From positions 1,612,001 to 1,676,000 of the forward strand of contig OZ038378.1 in the NCBI GenBank assembly GCA_964036045.1: 64,000 nucleotides of DNA, written 5' to 3'. Each line of letters opens with the position of its first letter. Positions within the stretch are counted from its first letter, which is position 1. Origin of the DNA: Eutreptiella sp. 'Long Island Sound 2002'. Taxonomy: Eukaryota; Protista; Euglenida. Both the position numbers and the translations under genes were made by a program. The notes beneath the pieces were generated by a model. It saw only the letters and a program-made list of their open reading frames with translations. It ran no database searches and was not told the DNA's origin. Of the stretch, positions 11,708 through 23,152 are shown piece by piece.

Positions 11708-13106
11708 GGTGCCACTGCCTGACCCTCCCCCCGCGTGTCCCTATGCCTGGTTTCCGAGTTGGAACCCCATTTCTCTGTAAATGGACTGCATGTGTTCTTG
11801 GGCCTGCGCGTTGGGGAATTGGGGGACTCCGTCCGTGGCGGGGGGTGGGTTGGCACCCTGAAAGGATTGCTGGGGGTTGGGTTGCGCTGCACTTCCTGTG
11901 GCACTCTGGAACATCTGTGGCACTCCCTGGGGGTTCACATGCAGGCAGTACTGTTCCCAGTGATTCCCCCCGCAGACACGACACTAGCCAGCGGGGGGGC
12001 CAGCCATATCGAATGCGACCCCCTTCGACGAGACTAGGACCTGCTGCTGCCCCATCATTTGAACCCCCCCCCCGCCTTTGAGTGGCGAGGGGGCAGTGAG
12101 TAGCCCAGTGGCCAGGCCCCCCGCATTTAAAACAATTGCCTGGGGGGGTGTGAAGAGTTGTACCCCCCCCCCCATGTGCCTCCCGGTTGGTGAGGGACCA
12201 ACTGCATCCCCTGGGGTTGGTTTTGGGGTTCGTTGACTTCATGCCCTGCCGCTTCGCTCTCAGTTCCTCGTTGACAGTGTTCCAGATTAGAATGGCCAGC
12301 TCCTCAGTGAACCACTGCTCGTTTTTTTCTTTATAGGACTTCAAGCCTGTCAGTAAACTCCCCATCCAAGCGTATGGGGGGTGCTCACCAAGCAGTTTGT
12401 TCAGCGCCTCTTCATTGAGCTGTGGCACCAGTATTTTTCGTAGTGCGTCATTCTCCACACGCGCTGCAGCCAGTCGGGCTACGAGTTCATGGAATGCTGC
12501 GACTCGAGATTCCCCTTGCCCCGGGTTCGGTGTGGTACTCGCCTCGCGTGCCCCTCCTTCGTGTTCTCCCGGTTCACCGCCAGTGTTCGTGGCGCCCTTC
12601 CACTCGATGAAAGTCCCGTTGAGGAAGTCGGGCCGGAGGTTCTTTCGCACACGGTACACCGCAAGAGCTGCGATGGCGTCGTCTTTTGCGAGGTGCTGGA
12701 GTCCCGCTCTGGTGCACAGCGCCCCGACAGCTCCATCTGGGACCTCCTGCTCTACCATGTCTTCCTCCAGCTGCACTGCCCACTCCGCTATTTCTTCCTT
12801 GTGCAGTCCTTTCCCCACGAGGGTTGCGTACGGGCCTTCAGTCCACTGTCGCCAATTTCGGAGCACGATGACTGCTTGTTCACGCTGTGTGTCGTCCGTG
12901 AGCTGTGCTGCCCTCGAATTTGGCCCAGAAGGATGCGCCTGTTGCAATTCACTGTCTGCCTTTCCGTTAGTGTCTAATTCCATCGTGCGACTTGGCTCAG
13001 GCATGCAGTGACCCACGTGGGGTTGGAAAACAAAAATTCAGTGAGTCTAAGATACAGACGAGGTGCACTGTGAATTAAACTTATGTTTATTGCATAAACA
13101 TGGGTT
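10212..13106 (-). mobile_element. Tyrosine-recombinase retroelement derivative (VIPER/TATE/DIRS-like) with gag + YR and no RT, inserted in the satellite
   Basis: The satellite unit is split at GGGCAGTT^CATGATAATC, and GTT is present at both junctions (10209-10211, 13104-13106). The insert holds a CCHC gag-like ORF followed by a YR ORF. Confidence 0.85.
11649..13004 (-). CDS. Gag-like protein with CCHC zinc knuckle
   Basis: Coiled-coil-like helical N-terminal region, then CFKCGGPGHWATHC (C-x2-C-x4-H-x4-C). It lies immediately upstream of and overlaps the YR ORF. Confidence 0.78.
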   Translation of the reverse strand: MPEPSRTMELDTNGKADSELQQAHPSGPNSRAAQLTDDTQREQAVIVLRNWRQWTEGPYATLVGKGLHKEEIAEWAVQLEEDMVEQEVPDGAVGALCTRAGLQHLAKDDAIAALAVYRVRKNLRPDFLNGTFIEWKGATNTGGEPGEHEGGAREASTTPNPGQGESRVAAFHELVARLAAARVENDALRKILVPQLNEEALNKLLGEHPPYAWMGSLLTGLKSYKEKNEQWFTEELAILIWNTVNEELRAKRQGMKSTNPKTNPRGCSWSLTNREAHGGGGTTLHTPPGNCFKCGGPGHWATHCPLATQRRGGGSNDGAAAGPSLVEGGRIRYGWPPRWLVSCLRGESLGTVLPACEPPGSATDVPECHRKCSATQPPAILSGCQPTPRHGRSPPIPQRAGPRTHAVHLQRNGVPTRKPGIGTRGGRVRQWHRVHGRCVRRHTNIFLHFVR

Positions 13107-16100
13107 CATGATAATCAACAGGTTTCGGCAGCGCCTAGGGAAGCATACGGGATTCAGCCCTCGGCTGCTCCCCCATGGTTCCCCTGTGTGTGCGGGGGTC
13201 AGTGTAACTGGATTTCCCACTCGTTGGTGTCCCAGTGTTTCTTGTGTTTTTTGGGCAGTGGTTAAAGTGGCACTACCCACAAAGTGGGGTCCCATTCTTC
13301 CCTTTGTTGTTTGTGTGCAAAGTATTGTTGTTGGCGTATGGATCGTGTCTCACTGTGGTACACGTCGCGTAGCGTCGGGATGGCCCACATGCCTATCCCA
13401 TACATACCTGCCCAGGACACCCCCGGAGGTGGGGGGAGGATGTTTTGCCCTACGCACCACAGGTCCACTACCAGAGCAGTTACACCCCCACTCTGTGCAC
13501 ACATCTTCGTGAGCATTTTGAGGACCAAGCGTTGGGGGCATGACACAGACTACAAACAACAGCTCATCCAGACCTGCATGATCATGTGCATGCCACAATG
13601 GAGGCTGCATTTACAATGGCCCATGCAGTGGACCTTGCCCGTTTCAGACCACCCAAAAAGGCAGCCAGCCGGGCTCCTTCTGTGTCAACCAAGCGTCACA
13701 GGGCAGAGGCATTGATGGCAACGGTTCAAAGAGGCAAAAGTAGTAGATGTCTCATTTGGGAAGCGTTTGGACTTGGTCTTGTACCACCGCAACTTCTGTG
13801 GAGCAGCAGTATCAACCAACCATCGAGTCCTCATACATTTGAATGATTCGCGTGTGCCTTGCAGGATTCTTTGTTTTTTTCATCCAAAGGGCCAAAGCAA
13901 ATGTGCCAGGGCCACGAGGGCAGTTCATGATAATCAACAGGTTTCGGCAGCGCCTGGGTAAGCATACGGGATTCAGCCCTCGGCTGCTCCCCCATGGTTC
14001 CCCTGTGTGTGCGGGGGTCAGTGTAACTGGATTTCCCACTCGTTGGTGTCCCAGTGTTTCTTGTGTTTTTTGGGCAGTGGTTAAAGTGGCACTACCCACA
14101 AAGTGGGGTTCCATTCTTCCCTTTGTTGTTTGTGTGCAAAGTATTGTTGTTGGCGTATGGATCGCGTCTCACTGTGGTACACGTCGCGTAGCGTCGGGAT
14201 GGCCCACATGCCTATCCCATACATACCTGCCCAGGACACCCCCGGAGGTGGGGGGAGGATGTTTTGCCCTACGCACCACAGGTCCACTACCAGAGCAGTT
14301 ACACCCCCACTCTGTGCACACATCTTCGTGAGCATTTTGAGGACCAAGCGTCGGGGGCATGACACAGACTACAAACAACAGCTCATCCAGACCTGCATGA
14401 TCATGTGCATGCCACAATGGAGGCTGCATTTACAATGGCCCATGCAGTGGACCTTGCCCGTTTCAGACCACCCAAAAAGGCAGCCAGCCGGGCTCCTTCT
14501 GTGTCAACCAAGCGTCACAGGGCAGAGGCATTGATGGCAACGGTTCAAAGAGGCAAAAGTAGTAGATGTCTCATTTGGGAAGCGTTTGGACTTGGTCTTG
14601 TACCACCGCAACTTCTGTGGAGCAGCAGTATCAACCAACCATCGAGTCCTCATACATTTGAATGATTCGCGTGTGCCTTGCAGGATTCTTTGTTTTTTCC
14701 ATCAAAAGGGCCAAAGCAAATGTGCCAGGGCCACGAGGGCAGTTCATGATAATCAACAGGTTTCGGCAGCGCCTGGGTAAGCATACGGGATTCAGCCCTC
14801 GGCTGCTCCCCCATGGTTCCCCTGTGTGTGCGGGGGTCAGTGTAACTGGATTTCCCACTCGTTGGTGTCCCAGTGTTTCTTGTGTTTTTTGGGCAGTGGT
14901 TAAAGTGGCACTACCCACAAAGTGGGGTTCCATTCTTCCCTTTGTTGTTTGTGTGCAAAGTATTGTTGTTGGCGTATGGATCGCGTCTCACTGTGGTACA
15001 CGTCGCGTAGCGTCGGGATGGCCCACATGCCTATCCCATACATACCTGCCCAGGACACCCCCGGAGGTGGGGGGAGGATGTTTTGCCCTACGCACCACAG
15101 GTCCACTACCAGAGCAGTTACACCCCCACTCTGTGCACACATCTTCGTGAGCATTTTGAGGACCAAGCGTCGGGGGCATGACACAGACTACAAACAACAG
15201 CTCATCCAGACCTGCATGATCATGTGCATGCCACAATGGAGGCTGCATTTACAATGGCCCATGCAGTGGACCTTGCCCGTTTCAGACCACCCAAAAAGGC
15301 AGCCAGCCGGGCTCCTTCTGTGTCAACCAAGCGTCACAGGGCAGAGGCATTGATGGCAACGGTTCAAAGAGGCAAAAGCAGTAGATGTCTCATTTGGGAA
15401 GCGTTTGGACTTGGTCTTGTACCACCGCAACTTCTGTGGAGCAGCAGTATCAACCAACCGTCGAGTCCTCATACATTTGAATGATTCGCGTGTACCTTGC
15501 AGGATTCTTTGTTTTTTCATCAAAAGGGCCAAAGCAAATGTGCCAGGGCCACGAGGGCAGTTCATGATAATCAACAGGTTTCGGCAGCGCCTGGGTAAGC
15601 ATACGGGATTCAGCCCTCGGCTGCTCCCCCATGGTTCCCCTGTGTGTGCGGGGGTCAGTGTAACTGGATTTCCCACTCGTTGGTGTCCCAGTGTTTCTTG
15701 TGTTTTTTGGGCAGTGGTTAAAGTGGCACTACCCACAAAGTGGGGTTCCATTCTTCCCTTTGTTGTTTGTGTGCAAAGTATTGTTGTTGGCATATGGATC
15801 GCGTCTCACTGTGGTACACGTCGCGTAGCGTCGGGATGGCCCACATGCCTATCCCATACATACCTGCCCAGGACACCCCCGGAGGCGGGGGGAGGATGTT
15901 TTGCCCTACGCACCACAGGTCCACTACCAGAGCAGTTACACCCCCACTCTGTGCACACATCTTCGTGAGCATTTTGAGGACCAAGCGTCGGGGGCATGAC
16001 ACAGACTACAAACAACAGCTCATCCAGACCTGCATGATCATGTGCATGCCACAATGGAGGCTGCATTTACAATGGCCCATGCAGTGGACCTTGCCCGTTT

Positions 16101-19100
16101 CAGACCACCCAAAAAGGCAGCCAGCCGGGCTCCTTCTGTGTCAACCAAGCGTCACAGGGCAGAGGCATTGATGGCAACGGTTCAAAGAGGCAAAAGCAGT
16201 AGATGTCTCATTTGGGAAGCGTTTGGACTTGGTCTTGTACCACCGCAACTTCTGTGGAGCAGCAGTATCAACCAACCGTCGAGTCCTCATACATTTGAAT
16301 GATTCGCGTGTGCCTTGCAGGATTCTTTGTTTTTTCATCAAAAGGGCCAAAGCAAATGTGCCAGGGCCACGAGGGCAGTTCATGATAATCAACAGGTTTC
16401 GGCAGCGCCTGGGTAAGCATACGGGATTCAGCCCTCGGCTGCTCCCCCATGGTTCCCCTGTGTGTGCGGGGGTCAGTGTAACTGGATTTCCCACTCGTTG
16501 GTGTCCCAGTGGTTCTTGTGTTTTTTGGGCAGTGGTTAAAGTGGCACTACCCACAAAGTGGGGTTCCATTCTTCCCTTTGTTGTTTGTGTGCAAAGTATT
16601 GTTGTTGGCATATGGATCGCGTCTCACTGTGGTACACGTCGCGTAGCGTCGGGATGGCCCACATGCCTATCCCATACATACCTGCCCAGGACGCCCCCGG
16701 AGGCGGGGGGAGGATGTTTTGCCCTACGCACCACAGGTCCACTACCAGAGCAGTTACACCCCCACTCTGTGCACACATCTTCGTGAGCATTTTGAGGACC
16801 AAGCGTCGGGGGCATGACACAGACTACAAACAACAGCTCATCCAGACCTGCATGATCATGTGCATGCCACAATGGAGGCTGCATTTACAATGGCCCATGC
16901 AGTGGACCTTGCCCGTTTCAGACCACCCAAAAAGGCAGCCAGCCGGGCTCCTTCTGTGTCAACCAAGCGTCACAGGGCAGAGGCATTGATGGCAAGGGTG
17001 TAAAGAGGCAAAAGCAGTAGATGTCTCATTTGGGAAGCGTTTGGACTTGGTCTTGTACCACCGCAACTTCTGTGGAGCAGCAGTATCAACCAACCATCGA
17101 GTCCTCATACATTTGAATGATTCGCGTGTGCCTTGCAAGATTCTTTGTTTTTTCCATCAAAAGGGCCGAAGCAAATGTGCCAGGGCCACGAGGGCAGTTT
17201 ATGATAATCAACAGGTTTCGGCAGCGCCTGGGTAAGCATACGGGATTCAGCCCTCGGCTGCTCCCCCATGGTTCCCCTGTGTGTGCGGGGGTCAGTGTAA
17301 CTGGATTTCCCACTCGTTGGTGTCCCAGTGTTTCTTGTGTTTTTTGGGCAGTGGTTAAAGTGGCACTACCCACAAAGTGGGGTCCCATTCTTCCCTTTGT
17401 TGTTTGTGTGCAAAGTATTGTTGTTGGCATATGGATCGCGTCTCACTGTGGTACACGTCGCGTAGCGTCGGGATGGCCCACATGCCTATCCCATACATAC
17501 CTGCCCAGGACGCCCCCGGAGGTGGGGGGAGGATGTTTTGCCCTACGCACCACGGGTCCACTACCAGAGCAGTTACACCCCCACTCTGTGCACACATCTT
17601 CGTGAGCATTTTGAGGACCAAGCGTCGGGGGCATGACACAGACTACAAACAACAGCTCATCCAGACCTGCATGATCATGTGCATGCCACAATGGAGGCTG
17701 CATTTACAATGGCCCATGCAGTGGACCTTGCCCGTTTCAGACCACCCAAAAAGGCAGCCAGCCGGGCTCCTTCTGTGTCAACCAAGCGTCACAGGGCAGA
17801 GGCATTGATGGCAACGGTTCAAAGAGGCAAAAGCAGTAGATGTCTCATTTGGGAAGCGTTTGGACTTGGTCTTGTACCACCGCAACTTCTGTGGAGCAGC
17901 AGTATCAACCAACCATCGAGTCCTCATACATTTGAATGATTCGCGTGTGCCTTGCAAGATTCTTTGTTTTTTCCATCAAAAGGGCCAAAGCAAATGTGCC
18001 AGGGCCACGAGGGCAGTTTATGATAATCAACAGGTTTTGGCAGCGCCTGGGTAAGCATACGGGATTCAGCCCTCGGCTGCTCCCCCATGGTTCCCCTGTG
18101 TGTGCGGGGGTCAGTGTAACTGGATTTCCCACTCGTTGGTGTCCCAGTGTTTCTTGTGTTTTTTGGGCAGTGGTTAAAGTGGCACTACCCACAAAGTGGG
18201 GTCCCATTCTTCCCTTTGTTGTTTGTGTGCAAAGTATTGTTGTTGGCGTATGGATCGCGTCTCACTGTGGTACATGTCGCGTAGCGTCGGGATGGCCCAC
18301 ATGCCTATCCCATACATACCTGCCCAGGACACCCCCGGAGGCGGGGGGAGGATGTTTTGCCCTACGCACCACAGGTCCACTACCAGAGCAGTTACACCCC
18401 CACTCTGTGCACACATCTTCGTGAGCATTTTGAGGACCAAGCGTCGGGGGCATGACACAGACTACAAACAACAGCTCATCCAGACCTGCATGATCATGTG
18501 CATGCCACAATGGAGGCTGCATTTACAATGGCCCATGCAGTGGACCTTGCCCGTTTCAGACCACCCAAAAAGGCAGCCAGCCGGGCTCCTTCTGTGTCAA
18601 CCAAGCGTCACAGGGCAGAGGCATTGATGGCAAGGGTGTAAAGAGGCAAAAGCAGTAGATGTCTCATTTGGGAAGCGTTTGGACTTGGTCTTGTACCACC
18701 GCAACTTCTGTGGAGCAGCAGTATCAACCAACCGTCGAGTCCTCATACATTTGAATGATTCGCGTGTGCCTTGCAAGATTCTTTGTTTTTTCCATCAAAA
18801 GGGCCGAAGCAAATGTGCCAGGGCCACGAGGGCAGTTTATGATAATCAACAGGTTTCGGCAGCGCCTGGGTAAGCATACGGGATTCAGCCCTCGGCTGCT
18901 CCCCCATGGTTCCCCTGTGTGTGCGGGGGTCAGTGTAACTGGATTTCCCACTCGTTGGTGTCCCAGTGTTTCTTGTGTTTTTTGGGCAGTGGTTAAAGTG
19001 GCACTACCCACAAAGTGGGGTTCCATTCTTCCCTTTGTTGTTTGTGTGCAAAGTATTGTTGTTGGCATATGGATCGCGTCTCACTGTGGTACACGTCGCG

Positions 19101-20473
19101 TAGCGTCGGGATGGCCCACATGCCTATCCCATACATACCTGCCCAGGACGCCCCCGGAGGTGGGGGGAGGATGTTTTGCCCTACGCACCACAGGTCCACT
19201 ACCAGAGCAGTTACACCCCCACTCTGTGCACACATCTTCGTGAGCATTTTGAGGACCAAGCGTCGGGGGCATGACACAGACTACAAACAACAGCTCATCC
19301 AGACCTGCATGATCATGTGCATGCCACAATGGAGGCTGCATTTACAATGGCCCATGCAGTGGACCTTGCCCGTTTCAGACCACCCAAAAAGGCAGCCAGC
19401 CGGGCTCCTTCTGTGTCAACCAAGCGTCACAGGGCAGAGGCATTGATGGCAACGGTTCAAAGAGGCAAAAGCAGTAGATGTCTCATTTGGGAAGCGTTTG
19501 GACTTGGTCTTGTACCACCGCAACTTCTGTGGAGCAGCAGTATCAACCAACCATCGAGTCCTCATACATTTGAATGATTCGCGTGTACCTTGCAGGATTC
19601 TTTGTTTTTTCCATCAAAAGGGCCGAAGCAAATGTGCCAGGGCCACGAGGGCAGTTTATGATAATCAACAGGTTTCGGCAGCGCCTGGGTAAGCATACGG
19701 GATTCAGCCCTCGGCTGCTCCCCCATGGTTCCCCTGTGTGTGCGGGGGTCAGTGTAACTGGATTTCCCACTCGTTGGTGTCACAGTGTTTCTTGTGTTTT
19801 TTGGGCAGTGGTTAAAGTGGCACTACCCACAAAGTGGGGTCCCATTCTTCCCTTTGTTGTTTGTGTGCAAAGTATTGTTGTTGGCGTATGGATCGCGTCT
19901 CACTGTGGTACACGTCGCGTAGCGTCGGGATGGCCCACATGCCTATCCCATACATACCTGCCCAGGACACCCCCGGAGGTGGGGGGAGGATGTTTTGCCC
20001 TACGCACCACGGGTCCACTACCAGAGCAGTTACACCCCCACTCTGTGCACACATCTTCGTGAGCATTTTGAGGACCAAGCGTCGGGGGCATGACACAGAC
20101 TACAAACAACAGCTCATCCAGACCTGCATGATCATGTGCATGCCACAATGGAGGCTGCATTTACAATGGCCCATGCAGTGGACCTTGCCCGTTTCAGACC
20201 ACCCAAAAAGGCAGCCAGCCGGGCTCCTTCTCTGTCAACCAAGCGTCACAGGGCAGAGGCATTGATGGCAACGGTTCAAAGAGGCAAAAGCGGTAGATGT
20301 CTCATTTGGGAAGCGTTTGGACTTGGTCTTGTACCACCGCAACTTCTGTGGAGCAGCAGTATCAACCAACCGTCGAGTCCTCATACATTTGAATGATTCG
20401 CGTGTACCTTGCAGGATTCTTTGTTTTTTCATCAAAAGGGCCAAAGCAAATGTGCCAGGGCCACGAGGGCAGT
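13107..20473. repeat. ~819-bp tandem satellite, right block (~9 copies)
   Basis: Anchor at about 13542, 14361, 15180, 15998, 16816, 17635, 18454, 19273 and 20092. The array ends at ...CACGAGGGCAGT (20473). Confidence 0.97.
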
Positions 20474-20730
20474 ACACGGCCACTCCACACGGTCAATCTA
20501 CATGGTTACTCTACATGTTCATTCTACACGAGCACTCTGCACAGTCACTGTATACCGTCATTTTATACGGTCACTCTACATGGTCACTCTAAACAGTCAC
20601 TGGACATGGTCAGCGTACACAGCCACTTTACACAGTCACTCCACAGAGCCGCTCCACACGCTCACTCTACACAGTCACGCAACACGGTCACTCTACACGG
20701 TCACTGCATGGGGTCCCTCTACACGGTTAC
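20474..20730 (+). repeat. Degenerate ~14-bp minisatellite (consensus GTCACTCTACACG-like)
   Basis: Repeated CACTCTACACGGT / CACTCTACATGGT variants directly after the satellite. Confidence 0.75.
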
Positions 20731-21104
20731 TCAAAACGGAGGTGGAGGTGAGTTGTTGATTGGAACTCTGGCCCCCCCTGGCCGAACCCTAGCTTAAGAA
20801 GGGGCTCCATCAACAGGTCCGGAGGTGACCCGGACCCCAAAGTTCACAACACATAGAGCAAAATGGGACTTTTGAGATTCTCCTTTGCCTCCCACTGACC
20901 TTTTTACGACAGACCGGTGAAACGACCATCATACAGGGCACATGCATTCTTACAAGCTGTGTTGCTTTACGCCAGCTGCCCCAGGACTGCCCCACGTGTC
21001 TCACAGACCCAAGGAGCCGGCCGGGACAATCCCATACAAGCGTGGGAGCATGTGGTGACGAGAATGAGCACTCAGCGTTTTTCTAAGTGCATGTTTGTCC
21101 CGTC

Positions 21105-21107
<3 letters not shown>

Positions 21108-21147
<40 letters not shown>
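21108..21147. repeat. (TG)n microsatellite
   Basis: About 20 perfect TG dinucleotides. Confidence 0.95.
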
Positions 21148-21148
<1 letters not shown>

Positions 21149-23152
21149 ACGCTCGCTGGTCCGTGCAAAGAGCATTTTTTAATGGCAACGCTGTTGCACT
21201 AGAATGTCAGACAGCACTGGATTATCAACCATGTATTGCCTTGCTGACAGGGAGGAAAAGACATTGGGAAGAGCATTGCGATCCAAAAATTGCCGCAGTG
21301 CGAACCAAGCTGTAGAGTGGTGATGTTGATGGTGATGTTATGTGAATGTTGTTTTGAATGAGATGGGGTGTCACAGAGGCAGCCTGGTACAAGGATGTTA
21401 ACCCATACCCTCACCCAAGGTCTCTGCTCATGGCGCTTGGTTTCCAGTGCGTGGTCCCAATCTCGAACCCCAGGTGGGGCAGAGCACCGGAGGGATCCTA
21501 GAACCAAGGTCCAAATGCAGGAAGGCCCTGTGAGACATACATTCAGGGCAACGCATTGTACATGCAGGCACAAGGCAACACATTGGGGTCGTGTTGGGAG
21601 CCCAGGAATTCGATGGAGAACGTGGTCGCCATGGCAACGCAGCTGCGCACAATCAAAAGCAAGCCGACCGGAAGCGGCCGGAACGTCATTTGACAGGGTT
21701 CAGGCACATGTGGGAAGTGGTGTGTGGTAAAAAGGTGCCGTGGTATTGGACAAGGAGGTGCGTACAGAAAACCAAAGGTCCCCAAATCCTCAGACGCCCT
21801 TGACAAATTCGAGAAAAATGGGGGCATGGGGGGAAATGGAGAACAAGAGGGGGGTTGGGGGGCAGATGAAACTGAGGAGGGGGGAGGGGGAGAAATGCAT
21901 GGGTCCAATGTGCAAAGAGGAAAATGCAGGAAAAAGGAAGGAGAATCCAGCAATTTCCCCAATTTTCGCCGTTTGTACGGCTCCCCAGTTTCCCCATTCT
22001 CGTCTCCCAAAAGGTCTGACTGAAGATTGGCACTTCTCTCACTACAGTCCCCTTCATCAAAATGGTATTTGGGTATCTGCGGTGGGAAAATGGGGGACAT
22101 GCAAGGGATCCGCAGGTACGCAGGAGACATAGTACGTGGGAGGCTTGAAAGGTGTGTTGCGGGCACGGGGGGGGGCGGTCTGACGCGGTCCCACTGCAGT
22201 CCCTTCTTGCTGACTATCAAAAATCCGGGGGGGGGGGGGTTGGGCTGTGTGTGGGGGGGGCGGGGGGGTCTGGCCAGGGGTCGCGGGGGGGGGGGGGCAA
22301 AGGGGGGGAGTCGGGCACCTCCGAACAGTTGGGTATGCGGCCCAGGTGGGGGCAGTCCATATCCCCAACTGGAAAAAGGGGCCAGTCCATAAAGAAAATT
22401 GCCGTAAACATGAAAAAAAAAAAATTTCGGCGCCGTTGGCGCCGCAACCTCTGGACCACTACCCGGGGGGGGGGCTGGGGCGGGGGTTTGGCACAAGGCC
22501 TCAGTATCAGATTGTTTGCCTTTGGCGGCGCCCATTGGCCTCTCGCCACTGCTCATTCTGACCCTCTGTGGGCCCGAACGTGTTTTGGTTGTGTCAACGG
22601 AGCCCCTGGAACTTGTCCTGTTTGACTACTTGACCAGGGCTGGGGGGGGGGGGCATCGCATGCAAGGACCAGCTGCCCCCCCCCCCATGGTTACGGGACG
22701 TGATATGACCCAAACATATGTCGTGGAGCACGAAACGGGGAGTCTAGAGCCCCGTAGTCCTCCATATTGAGCGCTACAATGGGGCTCAAGGCATCAACCT
22801 CTGCTTCCGGAGCGGAGCTGCTTCTGGGCACAGATGGGCCCATGGCCCCGCAGGATTTGGTCACAAATGAGGGGACAGGGGGCCCTGCCATCTGCGAATT
22901 GGGACTGATACCGGGGGGAAGGGGGATCTGTCCGGACTCCATTGCATTTCCATATTTTGTGATGCTATAAACCCTGTCCCAGATCTCAAGACTGCCTGTT
23001 GTAATTATGTTCGGAGGCTCCTCGGCTTGCCTTTGCGCATGGCATTGTGGTATTTCACTTGGATTGGCCTGCCCGCAGTTGTTGGCTGCAACCTGCTGCC
23101 GTACGTACCCGGCCTTAATAATGATGGTAAAAATTGCGTCCAGAAATTTCGG

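Noticed and set aside
5677-20797. Dozens of 60-230-aa ORFs inside the 819-bp satellite
   Set aside because: They recur with the repeat period on both strands, are broken by variable indels and show no recognisable domain. Treated as spurious.
21199-22970. Protein-coding gene (e.g. Pro/Gly-rich ORF 21543-22556)
   Set aside because: The ORFs arise from long G/C homopolymers and no motif is recognisable. More likely a decayed repeat.
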